From NCBI GenBank assembly GCA_019423745.1, contig JAHZAV010000010.1, positions 4,727-68,726 on the forward strand: 64,000 nucleotides of DNA, in the 5' to 3' direction. The translations under genes were made by a program, and so were the position numbers. Under the pieces are notes generated by a model that saw only the letters and a list, made by a program, of their open reading frames with translations, did not search any database and was not told the DNA's origin. The DNA comes from Lachnospiraceae bacterium (GTDB taxonomy: Bacteria > Bacillota > Clostridia > Lachnospirales > Lachnospiraceae). Shown here piece by piece: positions 19,957 to 30,681 of the stretch (positions within the stretch are counted from its first letter, which is position 1; the number at the start of each line of letters is the position of its first letter).

Positions 19957-20730
19957 ATGGAACTGGAATATTTAGAAGAATTAAAGAAAGAATTGGTGGA
20001 TTTTTTCATAGAGACGCAGGAATATCGCCAGTATTTTAAGCGGAAACTTTATGAAGAAAAATTTGAGAAATGTTATGAAGACCACAGAGAGATGATTGAA
20101 AGAATTGTTCGGGGCTGTGAAGAAGCAGATGATAGCGAGTCTGTTTTAGAGGAATTGGCCGGGGCAATTCCGGAATATGCCCATGGACAGATAAATGCAC
20201 AGAAAAGCCGGGGGAAAAGAGAAGGTCTTATTGTTGATTATAATATGTCAATGGTGACATTTGTCATACCGATTCTTGGGCATAACAGGAATGATTTGTG
20301 TGATAGATTAGTTGATCTTATGATTAAAAAGTGGAACGTGAGTCCCATTACAATGAGAATCCAGAAGTCAGAATATGATAAGTTGAAAAACGGCTTTCGT
20401 TCCCGTTTATGTTATATTACAACTGCTGTCTGTGAAAGCAGAAACCAGTCTGATGACTGTTATGAGCTGAATCTTTTAAGAGATTATCGAGACAGCTATC
20501 TTGCGGCAGATCGGAACGGGAAATTATTGATTGAAGAATATTATAACGTTGCGCCTACTATCGTAAACCGCATAAATAAAGAAAAAAATTCCAGCGAAAT
20601 TTACGAGAAAATTTATCAGCAGTATCTTCAGAAATGTGTTCATCTGATTGAAGAAGGAAAAATGGAAGAATGCGGCGAGATTTATACTCGAATGGTAGAA
20701 GAGTTGGAAAAAAAATACTTATTTTCTTAG
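19957..20730 (+). CDS. CFI-box-CTERM domain hypothetical protein
   Basis: C-terminal CYITTAVC...DDCYELNLLRDYRD...EEYYNVAP. Confidence 0.7.
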   Translation: MELEYLEELKKELVDFFIETQEYRQYFKRKLYEEKFEKCYEDHREMIERIVRGCEEADDSESVLEELAGAIPEYAHGQINAQKSRGKREGLIVDYNMSMVTFVIPILGHNRNDLCDRLVDLMIKKWNVSPITMRIQKSEYDKLKNGFRSRLCYITTAVCESRNQSDDCYELNLLRDYRDSYLAADRNGKLLIEEYYNVAPTIVNRINKEKNSSEIYEKIYQQYLQKCVHLIEEGKMEECGEIYTRMVEELEKKYLFS

Positions 20731-20745
20731 AAGGAGGAGTTAAAA

Positions 20746-22026
20746 GTGAGCGATTATAAAATAGAGACAAAATGTATCCAGTCCGGGTACACACCAAAAA
20801 CAGGAGAGCCAAGGGTACTGCCGATCTATCAGAGTACAACTTTCAAATATGATACAAGTGAGCAGATGGGACGCCTGTTTGACTTGGAGGACTCTGGATA
20901 CTTCTATACACGTCTGCAGAATCCTACCAATGATGCAGTAGCGGCAAAAATCTGCGATTTGGAAGGTGGAGTTGCAGGTATGCTTACTTCCTCCGGACAG
21001 GCAGCAAGCTTCTATGCTATTATGAATATTGCAGAGGCAGGAGATCATATTGTATGTGCATCTGCAATTTATGGTGGAACATACAATCTTTATGCACATA
21101 CAATCCGAAAAATGGGAGTAGAGGCAACTTTCGTGGATCCGGACTGCAGTGAAGAAGAACTGAATGCAGCGTTTAAGGAAAATACAAAAGCAGTATTTGG
21201 TGAGACGATTGCTAATCCCGCTCTGGTGGTGCTGGATATTGAAAAATTTGCAAAAGCCGCACATAATCACGGTGTACCGTTAATTGTAGATAATACATTT
21301 GCAACTCCGATTAACTGTCGGCCATTTGAATGGGGAGCTGATATTGTTACTCATTCTACAACAAAATATATGGATGGACATGCATCTGCAGTGGGTGGAG
21401 CAATTATTGATAGTGGTAATTTTGACTGGGAGGCCCACAAAGAAAAATTTCCAGGACTTACTACACCAGATGAGACCTATCATGGAATTATTTATACCCA
21501 GAAATTTGGAAAAGGAGCTTATATTACCAAGGCTACAGCACAGTTGATGAGAGATCTTGGTTCTATTCAGTCTCCACAGAATGCATTTCTTTTAAATATT
21601 GGATTAGAGACATTGCATCTTAGAATGCCAAGACACTGCGAAAATGCGGTAAAGGTTGCTTCTTATCTGAAAAACCACGAAAAAGTTGCATGGGTACATT
21701 GCCCGTCTCTTGAAGGAGATCCTTACTATGATCTTGCAAAAAAATATATGCCAAACGGAACATGTGGTGTAATTACCTTTGGATTAAAGGGCGGAAGAGA
21801 AGCTTCTGTAAAAATGATGGATAGCCTGATACTTGCAGCAATAGTAACTCATGTGGCAGATGCCAGAACATGTGTCCTTCATCCAGCAAGTCATACTCAT
21901 CGTCAGATGAATGATCAGGAACTACTTGAAGCAGGTGTTCAGCCAGATTTGATCCGCTTCAGTGTAGGAATTGAAAATGCAGAAGACATTATTGCTGATT
22001 TGGAACAGGCACTTGCACAAGTATAA
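20746..22026 (+). CDS. metY: O-acetylhomoserine aminocarboxypropyltransferase/sulfhydrylase
   Basis: PIYQSTTF, YTRLQNPT, VDNTFATP, HSTTKYMDGH, HPASHTHRQ, RFSVGIE. Confidence 0.9.
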   Translation: MSDYKIETKCIQSGYTPKTGEPRVLPIYQSTTFKYDTSEQMGRLFDLEDSGYFYTRLQNPTNDAVAAKICDLEGGVAGMLTSSGQAASFYAIMNIAEAGDHIVCASAIYGGTYNLYAHTIRKMGVEATFVDPDCSEEELNAAFKENTKAVFGETIANPALVVLDIEKFAKAAHNHGVPLIVDNTFATPINCRPFEWGADIVTHSTTKYMDGHASAVGGAIIDSGNFDWEAHKEKFPGLTTPDETYHGIIYTQKFGKGAYITKATAQLMRDLGSIQSPQNAFLLNIGLETLHLRMPRHCENAVKVASYLKNHEKVAWVHCPSLEGDPYYDLAKKYMPNGTCGVITFGLKGGREASVKMMDSLILAAIVTHVADARTCVLHPASHTHRQMNDQELLEAGVQPDLIRFSVGIENAEDIIADLEQALAQV

Positions 22027-22090
22027 GTGTTTTATGGATTAATAAATGCATATGCTTGACGTTTTCTGGAAGTAACGGATAAAACTTCAA

Positions 22091-22119
22091 GTATAAAAGG
22101 AAAAGCCACCTCCATACTA
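22091..22119 (+). promoter_or_regulatory. SigG-type promoter of tepA
   Basis: GTATA-17-CATACTA. Confidence 0.65.
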
Positions 22120-22188
22120 ATATTATCGGTGTACAAGGGAAAATACTTCTGTACATTGATCGTAGAGTAGTATGGAGGTGTTTTTGTT

Positions 22189-22890
22189 ATGGATAATGAT
22201 GCAGGAAATAATATCGAGAAAGATACGGAACAAAAGAATGAACAGATCAAAGAGATGGGGAGTCTGGATCTTAAGGAGGATTCCACTTCTCACAGAATTA
22301 AACTAATTACAATCATAGGTGAAATTGAAGGGCATGAATCTGTATCCGGCAGTACTAAGGCAACGAAGTATGAACACTTACTTCCTATGCTTGCGGAAAT
22401 AGAGGATAACCAGAATATTGACGGGCTGTTGATTTTGCTAAATACACTTGGCGGTGATGTGGAAGCGGGTCTTTCTATTGCAGAATTAATTGCATCGTTG
22501 AGTAAACCTACAGTATCTCTTGTCCTTGGAGGCAGCCATTCTATTGGTGGGCCCTTAGCAGTATCAGCAGACTATTCTTTTATTGTACCAAGCGGTACAA
22601 TGATGATTCATCCGGTACGCTCTAGCGGAATGTTTATAGGCGTGATGCAGAGCTTTCGGAATATAGAGAAAACACAAGATCGTATTACCAGTTTTCTGGC
22701 CAGGCATTCCCATATAAAACAGGAAAGGATTGAAAAGTTGATGCTGAATCCCACACAACTTGTGAAAGATGTAGGAACCTTGCTGGAAGGAGAGGAAGCT
22801 GTTCAGGAAGGTCTGATTGATGAGGTGGGAGGCTTGAGTGATGCGCTGAAAAAGCTACATCAGATGATTGATGAAAGGAAACAGAATTAG
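22189..22890 (+). CDS. tepA: TepA/ClpP-like protease (sporulation/outgrowth associated)
   Basis: IIGEIEGH, TKYEHLLP, LNTLGGDVEAG, LGGSHSIG, IHPVR. Confidence 0.85.
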   Translation: MDNDAGNNIEKDTEQKNEQIKEMGSLDLKEDSTSHRIKLITIIGEIEGHESVSGSTKATKYEHLLPMLAEIEDNQNIDGLLILLNTLGGDVEAGLSIAELIASLSKPTVSLVLGGSHSIGGPLAVSADYSFIVPSGTMMIHPVRSSGMFIGVMQSFRNIEKTQDRITSFLARHSHIKQERIEKLMLNPTQLVKDVGTLLEGEEAVQEGLIDEVGGLSDALKKLHQMIDERKQN

Positions 22891-22951
22891 AAAAAAATGA
22901 GACAAACTTATGTAATTTTAAGTTTTAAGATATAGAAGCAAAGAGTAAAAT

Positions 22952-22994
22952 CAGCCATGGATCAGAGCGTCATTTGAGCTCTTTTCCATGGCTG
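22952..22994. terminator. Hairpin between convergent tepA and gltD
   Basis: CAGCCATGGA...TCCATGGCTG inverted repeat. Confidence 0.7.
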
Positions 22995-23023
22995 TTATAG
23001 ATTATTTCTGTTTTTAAAAGTTT

Positions 23024-24478
23024 TTACATGTTTGTATATCCCATCAAATATTGATCTACTTGACGTGCACACTGGCGACCTTCAGCAATAGCCCAGACTA
23101 CAAGAGACTGACCACGGTGTACATCTCCGGCTGTAAAGATTTTTTTTCGCTGAGTTGCAAAGGAGTCTGGAATTGTGGAAATGGTTCCCTTGGGAGTTCG
23201 CTCCAGATGAAAGGCGTCAGTAATGTAATCTTCGCATCCCGTAAATCCGGCAGCAATAAGTAGAAGATCAGCTTCCATGATCTTTTCACTACCTTTTACC
23301 TCTGTCATTTTTCCATCTTGAAATTGGACTTTGACAGTTCGAATACCTGTCAGCTGTCCTTTATCATTGGATAAAAATTCTTTGACAGTTGTTTCATATA
23401 TACGTGGATCATGTCCGAATACGGCACAGGCCTCCTCCTGACCATAATCTGTCTTACAGGTCTTAGGCCATTGAGGCCATGGATTAGAGGATAGGCGCTC
23501 GTTCGGAAGTTTTGGCATCATTTCAATTTGTGTAACAGAGGAACATCCTTGGCGTATGCAGGTGCCAACACAGTCATTTCCAGTGTCACCGCCTCCTATA
23601 ATGACTACCTTTTTTCCTTTTGCAGAAACAGGAGCTGTCAGGTCCATTAAATGTTTTGTCGCAGCAGTTAAAAAGTCTACTGCAAAATGAATCCCAGTTA
23701 TCTGACGATTTTTGCCAGCTAGATCACGAGGTTTTTTAGAGCCGCAGCAAAGAATTACCGCATCGTAATCCTTTTGAATTTCTTCTGCAGAAATATCCCT
23801 TCCAACATCTGTATTTGTAACAAAACGAATTCCCTCTGCTTCCATAAGCGAAATTCTTCGAAGGATAATAGATTTGTCTAATTTCATATTAGGGATTCCA
23901 TACATAAGAAGGCCACCGGGCCGATCTTCTCGTTCAAAGACAGTAACACGATGTCCCCGCTGGTTCAGCTGGTCTGCAACAGTAAGGCCGGCTGGTCCGC
24001 TGCCAATAACAGCAACTGTTTTGTTGGTACGTACAAGAGGGATAGCAGGCTTCATATTTCCAGAGGAAAATCCTGTTTCGATAACAAAAAGTTCATTATC
24101 TTTGATAGTGACCGGATCATCATTTAAGCCGCATATACACGCCTTTTCACAGAGAGCAGGACATACGCGTCCAGTGAATTCCGGGAAATTATTTGTTTTT
24201 TTAAGCCGTTGAAGGGCTTGTGAAAAATTGCCGTGATAGATTTCATCGTTCCATTCTGGAATCAGATTGTGGAGAGGGCATCCTGTTACCATTCCCTGAA
24301 GCATAAGTGCTGACTGACAGAAGGGAACACCACAGTTCATACAACGGCCTCCTTGTTTTTTGCGTTCATCCACAGAAAGGGACGGATGAAATTCATTATA
24401 ATCCCGGATCCGCTCTTTAGGAGCAGAAGCAGGATTCGCTATTCGTTGATATTCTAAAAAACCAGTCGGTTTTCCCAT
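23024..24478 (-). CDS. gltD: Glutamate synthase small subunit
   Basis: MGKPTGF, RCMNCGVPFC, GRVCPALCE, GSGPAG, GGGDTGNDC, GQSLVVWAIAEGR. Confidence 0.96.
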   Translation of the reverse strand: MGKPTGFLEYQRIANPASAPKERIRDYNEFHPSLSVDERKKQGGRCMNCGVPFCQSALMLQGMVTGCPLHNLIPEWNDEIYHGNFSQALQRLKKTNNFPEFTGRVCPALCEKACICGLNDDPVTIKDNELFVIETGFSSGNMKPAIPLVRTNKTVAVIGSGPAGLTVADQLNQRGHRVTVFEREDRPGGLLMYGIPNMKLDKSIILRRISLMEAEGIRFVTNTDVGRDISAEEIQKDYDAVILCCGSKKPRDLAGKNRQITGIHFAVDFLTAATKHLMDLTAPVSAKGKKVVIIGGGDTGNDCVGTCIRQGCSSVTQIEMMPKLPNERLSSNPWPQWPKTCKTDYGQEEACAVFGHDPRIYETTVKEFLSNDKGQLTGIRTVKVQFQDGKMTEVKGSEKIMEADLLLIAAGFTGCEDYITDAFHLERTPKGTISTIPDSFATQRKKIFTAGDVHRGQSLVVWAIAEGRQCARQVDQYLMGYTNM

Positions 24479-24499
24479 AAAAACAGTTCCTCCTTCGGC

Positions 24500-27400
24500 T
24501 TATTTCTGGATTTCATAAAATGCTTCCAATGCAGCATCCTCATGGGAGAGTCCTTTTTCTTCATATTTGCTGATTGCATGAAGCATTTTTTGATAGTCAT
24601 TGGGAAGGATTTTCTTAAATCCTGGGAGATAAGTATCAAAGTGTTCCAGGATGTCTTTGGCAAGAAGAGAGGATGTCTCTTTTTCATAATCCTTCAAAAT
24701 ATTTTTTAACTCTGCAATATCATGCCTTTCTGTTACCTCAGACATAGTTACCATTTCTTTATTCAGTTTCTTGTATAGCTGATGATCCAGATCAAGGACG
24801 TAGGCGATACCGCCGCTCATTCCTGCAGCAAAATTTTTCCCTGTAGATCCCAGAATTACCGCACATCCGCCAGTCATATATTCAAGCCCATGATCGCCAC
24901 ATCCTTCGGCAACGGCCGTGACGCCGGAATTGCGGACACAGAAACGTTCTCCGGCTACACCGCATATATAGGCCTTACCGGATGTAGCTCCATAGAGAGC
25001 AACATTACCAATAATAATATTTTCAGAAGCGGAGAATTTGCTCCCTTTAGGAGGATAGACAATTAATTTTCCCCCAGAGAGCCCTTTGCCAAAATAATCA
25101 TTTGCATCTCCTTCTAGGATAAGAGTTAACCCTTTTGGAATAAAAGCCCCAAAAGACTGACCACCTCCGCCTTTGCAGCGTACAGTGAAAGTATCTTCCG
25201 GCAATGTGTTTTGGAAGGTTTCTGTAATCACGGATCCAAGAATAGTACCTACGGTACGGTTTACACTGTTAACATGAATAGATTCGCTATGTTTTTTCCC
25301 TGTTTTGAGAGCTTTGGCAAAACGAGGCAGCAAAATGGATTCATCAATCGTTTTTTCCAGTTCAAAATTGTAGACATTTTCAGGATTAAAATGAATGGCT
25401 CCTTCATCTGGAAAAGAGGAGAGAATGCGGGATAGGTCAATGCCACGGTGAGAAGAACCATCCAGTTCATGACGCATAGTCAGACATTCGGTATGTCCAG
25501 TCATTTCTTTAAGAGTAGCAAATCCAAGTTTTGCCATGATTTCTCTTAATTCTTCTGCAATAAAAAGCATGAAATTCATCACATATTCTGGTTTTCCACG
25601 AAAACGTTTCCGTAGACATTCATTTTGTGTAGCAACACCGACAGGACAAGTATCCAGATTGCAGACGCGCATCATCATACAGCCTAATGAGACAAGTGGT
25701 GCAGTGGCAAATCCAAATTCTTCTGCGCCTAAGAGTGCAGCGACAGCAACATCCCGACCACTCATGAGTTTACCATCCGTTTCAAGAATGACACGGCTTC
25801 TTAAATGGTTCTGAATCAGTGTCTGATGAGCTTCTGCCAGCCCAAGTTCCCAGGGGAGTCCAGCGTGATGAATAGAACTTTGGGGTGCAGCACCGGTACC
25901 ACCGTCATGTCCGGAAATTAGAACAACCTGTGCGCCTGCTTTTGCAACACCTGCTGCAATGGTTCCAACGCCTGCTTCAGACACAAGTTTTACAGCAATA
26001 CGTGCCTTGCGGTTTGCATTTTTCAGATCGTAGATCAGCTGTGCCAAATCTTCAATGGAATAAATATCATGGTGGGGCGGAGGCGAGATCAAAGATACGC
26101 CAGGAGTAGAATGCCGTGTCTTGGCAATCCACGGATATACTTTTTTCCCTGGCAGATGACCTCCTTCACCAGGTTTTGCTCCCTGTGCCATTTTAATCTG
26201 AATTTCTTCTGCACTCACCAGATATTCACTGGTAACTCCAAATCTTCCAGAAGCTACCTGTTTAATTGCACTGTTTCTTTCTGTCCCAAGACGTTCTGGT
26301 TTTTCACCACCTTCTCCAGAATTAGATTTTCCTCCCAGGCGATTCATGGCAATAGCAAGACATTCATGAGCTTCTTCAGAGATAGAGCCATAGGACATTG
26401 CTCCGGTTTTAAAATGTTTTACAATTTCTGAGGCGGGTTCCACGTCTTCTATGGGAATTCCGCCGTTTTGTGGATACCGAAATTTCAAAAGTCCTCGTAG
26501 AGTGTGAGGCTTGTTCTCATCGTCTACCATGGCAGTATATTCCTTGAAACGCTTATAGTCACCTGTTTGTACTGCTTGCTGTAAGGCTACAATAACAGCC
26601 GGATTGTAAAGGTGATCTTCCTTATCGTCTCCAGTTCTTAGGCGGTGAAATCCCGTGCTGTCTAATGAGGTATCTACTCCAAGTCCAAGAGGATCAAAAG
26701 CATGATTATGTCGTGCGATAACGTCTTCATTTATTTCTTTTAAACCGATTCCGCCTACCCGGCTCACTGTGTTAGTAAAATATCGGTCAATAACCTCTTT
26801 GCTGATTCCAACCGCTTCAAAAATTTGTGCGGACTGGTAAGATTGAAGAGTAGAAATTCCCATTTTGGCTGCGATTTTCACGATCCCGTGCAAAATAGCT
26901 TCATTATAATCATGAATTGCAGTGTGATAATCTTTATCTAAAACACCTTTGTCGATCATTTCTGAAATGCATTCATGGGCAAGATAAGGGTGTACAGCTC
27001 TTGCGCCATATCCCAGGATTGCAGCAAACTGGTGCACATCTCTTGGCTCTGCGCTTTCCAAGATAATAGAGACAGCAGTTCTTTTCTTCGTACGAACCAG
27101 ATGTTGTTCTATTGCAGAGACTGCAAGAAGAGAAGGAATTGCTACATGATTTTCATCTACGCCCCGGTCAGATAGAATGAGAATATTAGCTCCTTTTGTA
27201 TATGCTCGGTCACAGCTGACAAAAAGTTGGTCTAAGGCACGCTCCAAAGATGTATTTTTAAAATATAAAAGAGAGATGACAGCACTTTTAAATCCAGGTC
27301 GGTCAAGGGATCGGATTTTCATGAGGTCAACACCGGTAAGAAGAGGACTTTTTATTTCCAGAACAGTGCAGTTTTTACTGGATTCTTCCAAAAGATTTCC

Positions 27401-29020
27401 ATCCGATCCAATATACACAGTAGTATCGGTGACGATTTCTTCTCGAAGAGAATCAATAGGTGGATTTGTTACCTGAGCAAAAAGCTGTTTGAAATAATGA
27501 GACAGTGGTGGATGCTTTTTGGAAAGTACGGCAAGAGGGATATCTGTTCCCATAGAGGCAATAGCCTCAGAGGCATTTTTTGCCATAGGAAGAAGTACGT
27601 TTTTTATATCCTCATAAGTATAGCCAAAAACTTTATAAAGCTGATCCCGTCTGCGTTGGTCATAAGTAGGAACCTTTTTGTTTGGTGTAGGAATATCTTT
27701 TAGGTATAAAAGATTCAGATCCAGCCATTCGCCGTAGGGTTGCCGAGAAGCATAGTATTTTTTACATTCTTCATCAGAGATCACCCGTTTTTGTTTGGTG
27801 TCAACCAGAAGGATTCTACCAGGCTGAAGGCGTGACTTCTCTATGATATGATCTGAAGGCAAATCCAGTACACCTACTTCAGATGAGAGGATCAGGTGCC
27901 GGTCATCTGTAATATAGTAGCGCGAAGGGCGAAGACCATTTCGATCCAATACAGCACCCATAATATCTCCATCGGAAAAAAGAATAGCCGCCGGGCCATC
28001 CCAAGGTTCCATCATAGTAGCATAGTAATGGTAGAAATCTTTTTTTGCAGAATCCATATATCGGTCATGTTTCCATGGTTCCGGAATGGTAATCATGACA
28101 GCAAGAGGCAGATCCATTCCGTTCATATAAAGAAATTCCAGAGTATTATCCAGCATGGCAGAGTCAGAGCCACTGTTATTAATGACAGGGAGAATCTTAT
28201 CAATATCATCGGATATGACAGGAGAGTGCATCGTTTCTTCTCTTGCCAGCATACGGTCTGCATTACCTCGAATGGTGTTAATTTCGCCATTATGAAGAAT
28301 CAAACGATTTGGGTGGGCTCGTTCCCAGCTAGGTGTTGTATTTGTAGAGAAGCGGGAGTGAACCATGGCTATCGCAGTCTCATAATGAGGATTCTGCAGA
28401 TCATCATAAAAGCGCCTTAGCTGTCCAACCAGAAACATCCCTTTGTACACAATGGTTCGGGAGGATAAAGAAACTACATAAGTATCCTCACAACTTTGTT
28501 CAAATTCTCGTCTGGCAATATAAAGAAGACGATCAAAGGGAAGCCCGGAAGGACAATTTTGTGGTCGTTCTATGAAGCATTGCATAATATAGGGCATACG
28601 TTCTCGGGCATAGTCGCCTAGAATCTCCGGATGGACGGGAACTTCTCTCCAGCCTAGTAAATTTAAATTGCTTTTCTCCAATATTACTTCAAACATTTTG
28701 CGGGAAAAATTGTATTTTAAAGTGTCCTGTGGAAAAAAGAACATACCAATTCCATAGTCGCCTGCATTTCCAAGATTAATTTCCAAATCAAAAGCAGCTT
28801 TTTTAAAAAATGAGTGAGAAATCTGTGTAAGAATTCCCACTCCATCGCCGACTTGACCTGTGGCATCTTTGCCGGCGCGGTGTTCTAGCTTTTCCACAAT
28901 TGTAAGTGCATCATCCAGAACTTTATGTTCTTTAATACCGTCAATGTTGACAACAGCTCCAATACCACAGGCGTCATGCTCAAAGCGGTTTTGATAAAGG
29001 GGTGATAGATTTTGATTCAT
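24500..29020 (-). CDS. gltB: Glutamate synthase large subunit
   Basis: EHDACGIG, HSRFSTNT, HNGEINT, QGAKPGEGGHLP, CNLDTCPVG, GERFCVRNSG. Confidence 0.97.
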   Translation of the reverse strand: MNQNLSPLYQNRFEHDACGIGAVVNIDGIKEHKVLDDALTIVEKLEHRAGKDATGQVGDGVGILTQISHSFFKKAAFDLEINLGNAGDYGIGMFFFPQDTLKYNFSRKMFEVILEKSNLNLLGWREVPVHPEILGDYARERMPYIMQCFIERPQNCPSGLPFDRLLYIARREFEQSCEDTYVVSLSSRTIVYKGMFLVGQLRRFYDDLQNPHYETAIAMVHSRFSTNTTPSWERAHPNRLILHNGEINTIRGNADRMLAREETMHSPVISDDIDKILPVINNSGSDSAMLDNTLEFLYMNGMDLPLAVMITIPEPWKHDRYMDSAKKDFYHYYATMMEPWDGPAAILFSDGDIMGAVLDRNGLRPSRYYITDDRHLILSSEVGVLDLPSDHIIEKSRLQPGRILLVDTKQKRVISDEECKKYYASRQPYGEWLDLNLLYLKDIPTPNKKVPTYDQRRRDQLYKVFGYTYEDIKNVLLPMAKNASEAIASMGTDIPLAVLSKKHPPLSHYFKQLFAQVTNPPIDSLREEIVTDTTVYIGSDGNLLEESSKNCTVLEIKSPLLTGVDLMKIRSLDRPGFKSAVISLLYFKNTSLERALDQLFVSCDRAYTKGANILILSDRGVDENHVAIPSLLAVSAIEQHLVRTKKRTAVSIILESAEPRDVHQFAAILGYGARAVHPYLAHECISEMIDKGVLDKDYHTAIHDYNEAILHGIVKIAAKMGISTLQSYQSAQIFEAVGISKEVIDRYFTNTVSRVGGIGLKEINEDVIARHNHAFDPLGLGVDTSLDSTGFHRLRTGDDKEDHLYNPAVIVALQQAVQTGDYKRFKEYTAMVDDENKPHTLRGLLKFRYPQNGGIPIEDVEPASEIVKHFKTGAMSYGSISEEAHECLAIAMNRLGGKSNSGEGGEKPERLGTERNSAIKQVASGRFGVTSEYLVSAEEIQIKMAQGAKPGEGGHLPGKKVYPWIAKTRHSTPGVSLISPPPHHDIYSIEDLAQLIYDLKNANRKARIAVKLVSEAGVGTIAAGVAKAGAQVVLISGHDGGTGAAPQSSIHHAGLPWELGLAEAHQTLIQNHLRSRVILETDGKLMSGRDVAVAALLGAEEFGFATAPLVSLGCMMMRVCNLDTCPVGVATQNECLRKRFRGKPEYVMNFMLFIAEELREIMAKLGFATLKEMTGHTECLTMRHELDGSSHRGIDLSRILSSFPDEGAIHFNPENVYNFELEKTIDESILLPRFAKALKTGKKHSESIHVNSVNRTVGTILGSVITETFQNTLPEDTFTVRCKGGGGQSFGAFIPKGLTLILEGDANDYFGKGLSGGKLIVYPPKGSKFSASENIIIGNVALYGATSGKAYICGVAGERFCVRNSGVTAVAEGCGDHGLEYMTGGCAVILGSTGKNFAAGMSGGIAYVLDLDHQLYKKLNKEMVTMSEVTERHDIAELKNILKDYEKETSSLLAKDILEHFDTYLPGFKKILPNDYQKMLHAISKYEEKGLSHEDAALEAFYEIQK

Positions 29021-29076
29021 ATAAAACTCCTTTTATTTTTTAGTCTGTCGAAAACTGCTTAAGCAGTTTTTTTTCG

Positions 29077-30657
29077 TTATATGCCGCTGGCACCATAGTT
29101 GGAAAGAACCCTTGCTGAAGGATCATTTACATTACATCCTTCCCAGGACCGGTTAGGCATCCAGAAATCAGAAATCATTTGGCCCTGTCCGGGATAAAAT
29201 TGTTCAAAGATCTCTCGATATAGAAGAGACTCTTTTGTAAAAGGTGCAGCGTGTGTATATGTTTTACATTTTCTTTCATATTCTTCATCGGTATAGTAAT
29301 TATTAGCATATTCTTTCAGATAATCTACAAGAGAATGCCCCACTGCATCGGAAAAAGCTGCTTTTTCACGCATGAGAATATCATGGGGAAGATAATCACC
29401 TTCGAATGCATGTCGAAGCAAATATTTTCCTTTGTGATAAATATTCATTTTTTTAGCAGGATCTATAGACATGACATAGGAAACAAAGTCCAGATCACCA
29501 AAAGGAACTCTGGCTTCCATTGAGTTGACACTAATACAGCGATCGGCCCTCAGAACATCATACATATGAAGTTCACGAATCCGTTTTGCCGATTCCTCCT
29601 GAAAGGCTTCCTTTGAGGGAGCAAAATCTGTATATTTGTATCCAAATAGTTCGTCAGAAATTTCCCCGGTCATCAAAACACGGATGTCAGTGGTTTCGTG
29701 GATTGCTTTACAAATCAGGTACATTCCGACGGATGCTCGGATTGTTGTGATATCAAATGTACCAAGTGAATGGATTACATCGGGCAGAGAGGAGATGATG
29801 TCTTCTTTTGTAATAAGTATCTCTGTGTGATCACTTCCGATATACTCCGCTACTTCCTTTGCATATTTCAGATCAATGGCGTCTTCACTCATACCTATGG
29901 CAAAGGTGCGGATCGGGCGTCCGAGAATACGGGCAGAAACAGCACAGACCAAAGAAGAGTCGAGACCTCCGCTTAACAAAAATCCAAGAGGGGCATCTGC
30001 ATCCAGCCTTTTTTTAATGCCTTCTGTCAGTTTATCATGAATATTTCGACAAATGGTCTCGATATCATCCTGACAGACAGAAGAGACCTCTGTTATGTCC
30101 CGGTAACAGATAAATTTACCATCTTTGTAATAATGGCCTGGCGGAAAAGGCATAATACGTTCTGTAAGTCCGATAAGATTCTTTGGTTCACTTGCAAAGA
30201 TAATAGCCCCATTTTTATCATACCCGTAATAGAGCGGACGTATACCAATGGGATCTCTGGCCGCAATATAAGACCGGGTATTTTTATCAAAAATAATAAG
30301 TGCATATTCAGCATCCAGCATTCGGAACATATCGGTTCCATATTCTTGGTATAAAGGAAGAAGAATCTCGCAATCGCTTTCACTTTGAAAAGAGTAACCT
30401 TTTTTTTCTAAATCTTTTTTTAGAGAGCGAAATCCGTAAATTTCTCCGTTGCAAACAAGGAAATGTCCGGAAAGGGAGAAGGGTTGCATCCCTTCTCCCG
30501 TAAGTCCCATAATTGCAAGTCTGTGAAAACCAAGAAACCCGAAACCAGTATCTATGATGCGGCTGTCATCGGGACCTCGCGAAATCGTACGGTCAAATCC
30601 TTGTTTAAATAATTCATAATCAGCATCGGCTGTACAATAACCCATAATTGAACACAT
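29077..30657 (-). CDS. asnB: Glutamine-hydrolysing asparagine synthetase B
   Basis: N-terminal MC, RGPD, NGEIY, RDPIGIRPL, LSGGLDSS, EARVPF. Confidence 0.93.
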   Translation of the reverse strand: MCSIMGYCTADADYELFKQGFDRTISRGPDDSRIIDTGFGFLGFHRLAIMGLTGEGMQPFSLSGHFLVCNGEIYGFRSLKKDLEKKGYSFQSESDCEILLPLYQEYGTDMFRMLDAEYALIIFDKNTRSYIAARDPIGIRPLYYGYDKNGAIIFASEPKNLIGLTERIMPFPPGHYYKDGKFICYRDITEVSSVCQDDIETICRNIHDKLTEGIKKRLDADAPLGFLLSGGLDSSLVCAVSARILGRPIRTFAIGMSEDAIDLKYAKEVAEYIGSDHTEILITKEDIISSLPDVIHSLGTFDITTIRASVGMYLICKAIHETTDIRVLMTGEISDELFGYKYTDFAPSKEAFQEESAKRIRELHMYDVLRADRCISVNSMEARVPFGDLDFVSYVMSIDPAKKMNIYHKGKYLLRHAFEGDYLPHDILMREKAAFSDAVGHSLVDYLKEYANNYYTDEEYERKCKTYTHAAPFTKESLLYREIFEQFYPGQGQMISDFWMPNRSWEGCNVNDPSARVLSNYGASGI

Positions 30658-30681
30658 AGTTTTTACCTCCAGGAACTTATT

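Noticed and set aside
29051..29070. Perfect 20-bp palindrome AAAACTGCTTAAGCAGTTTT between asnB and gltB
   Set aside because: Adequately explained as a weak intra-operon terminator or stabilising hairpin; single copy.
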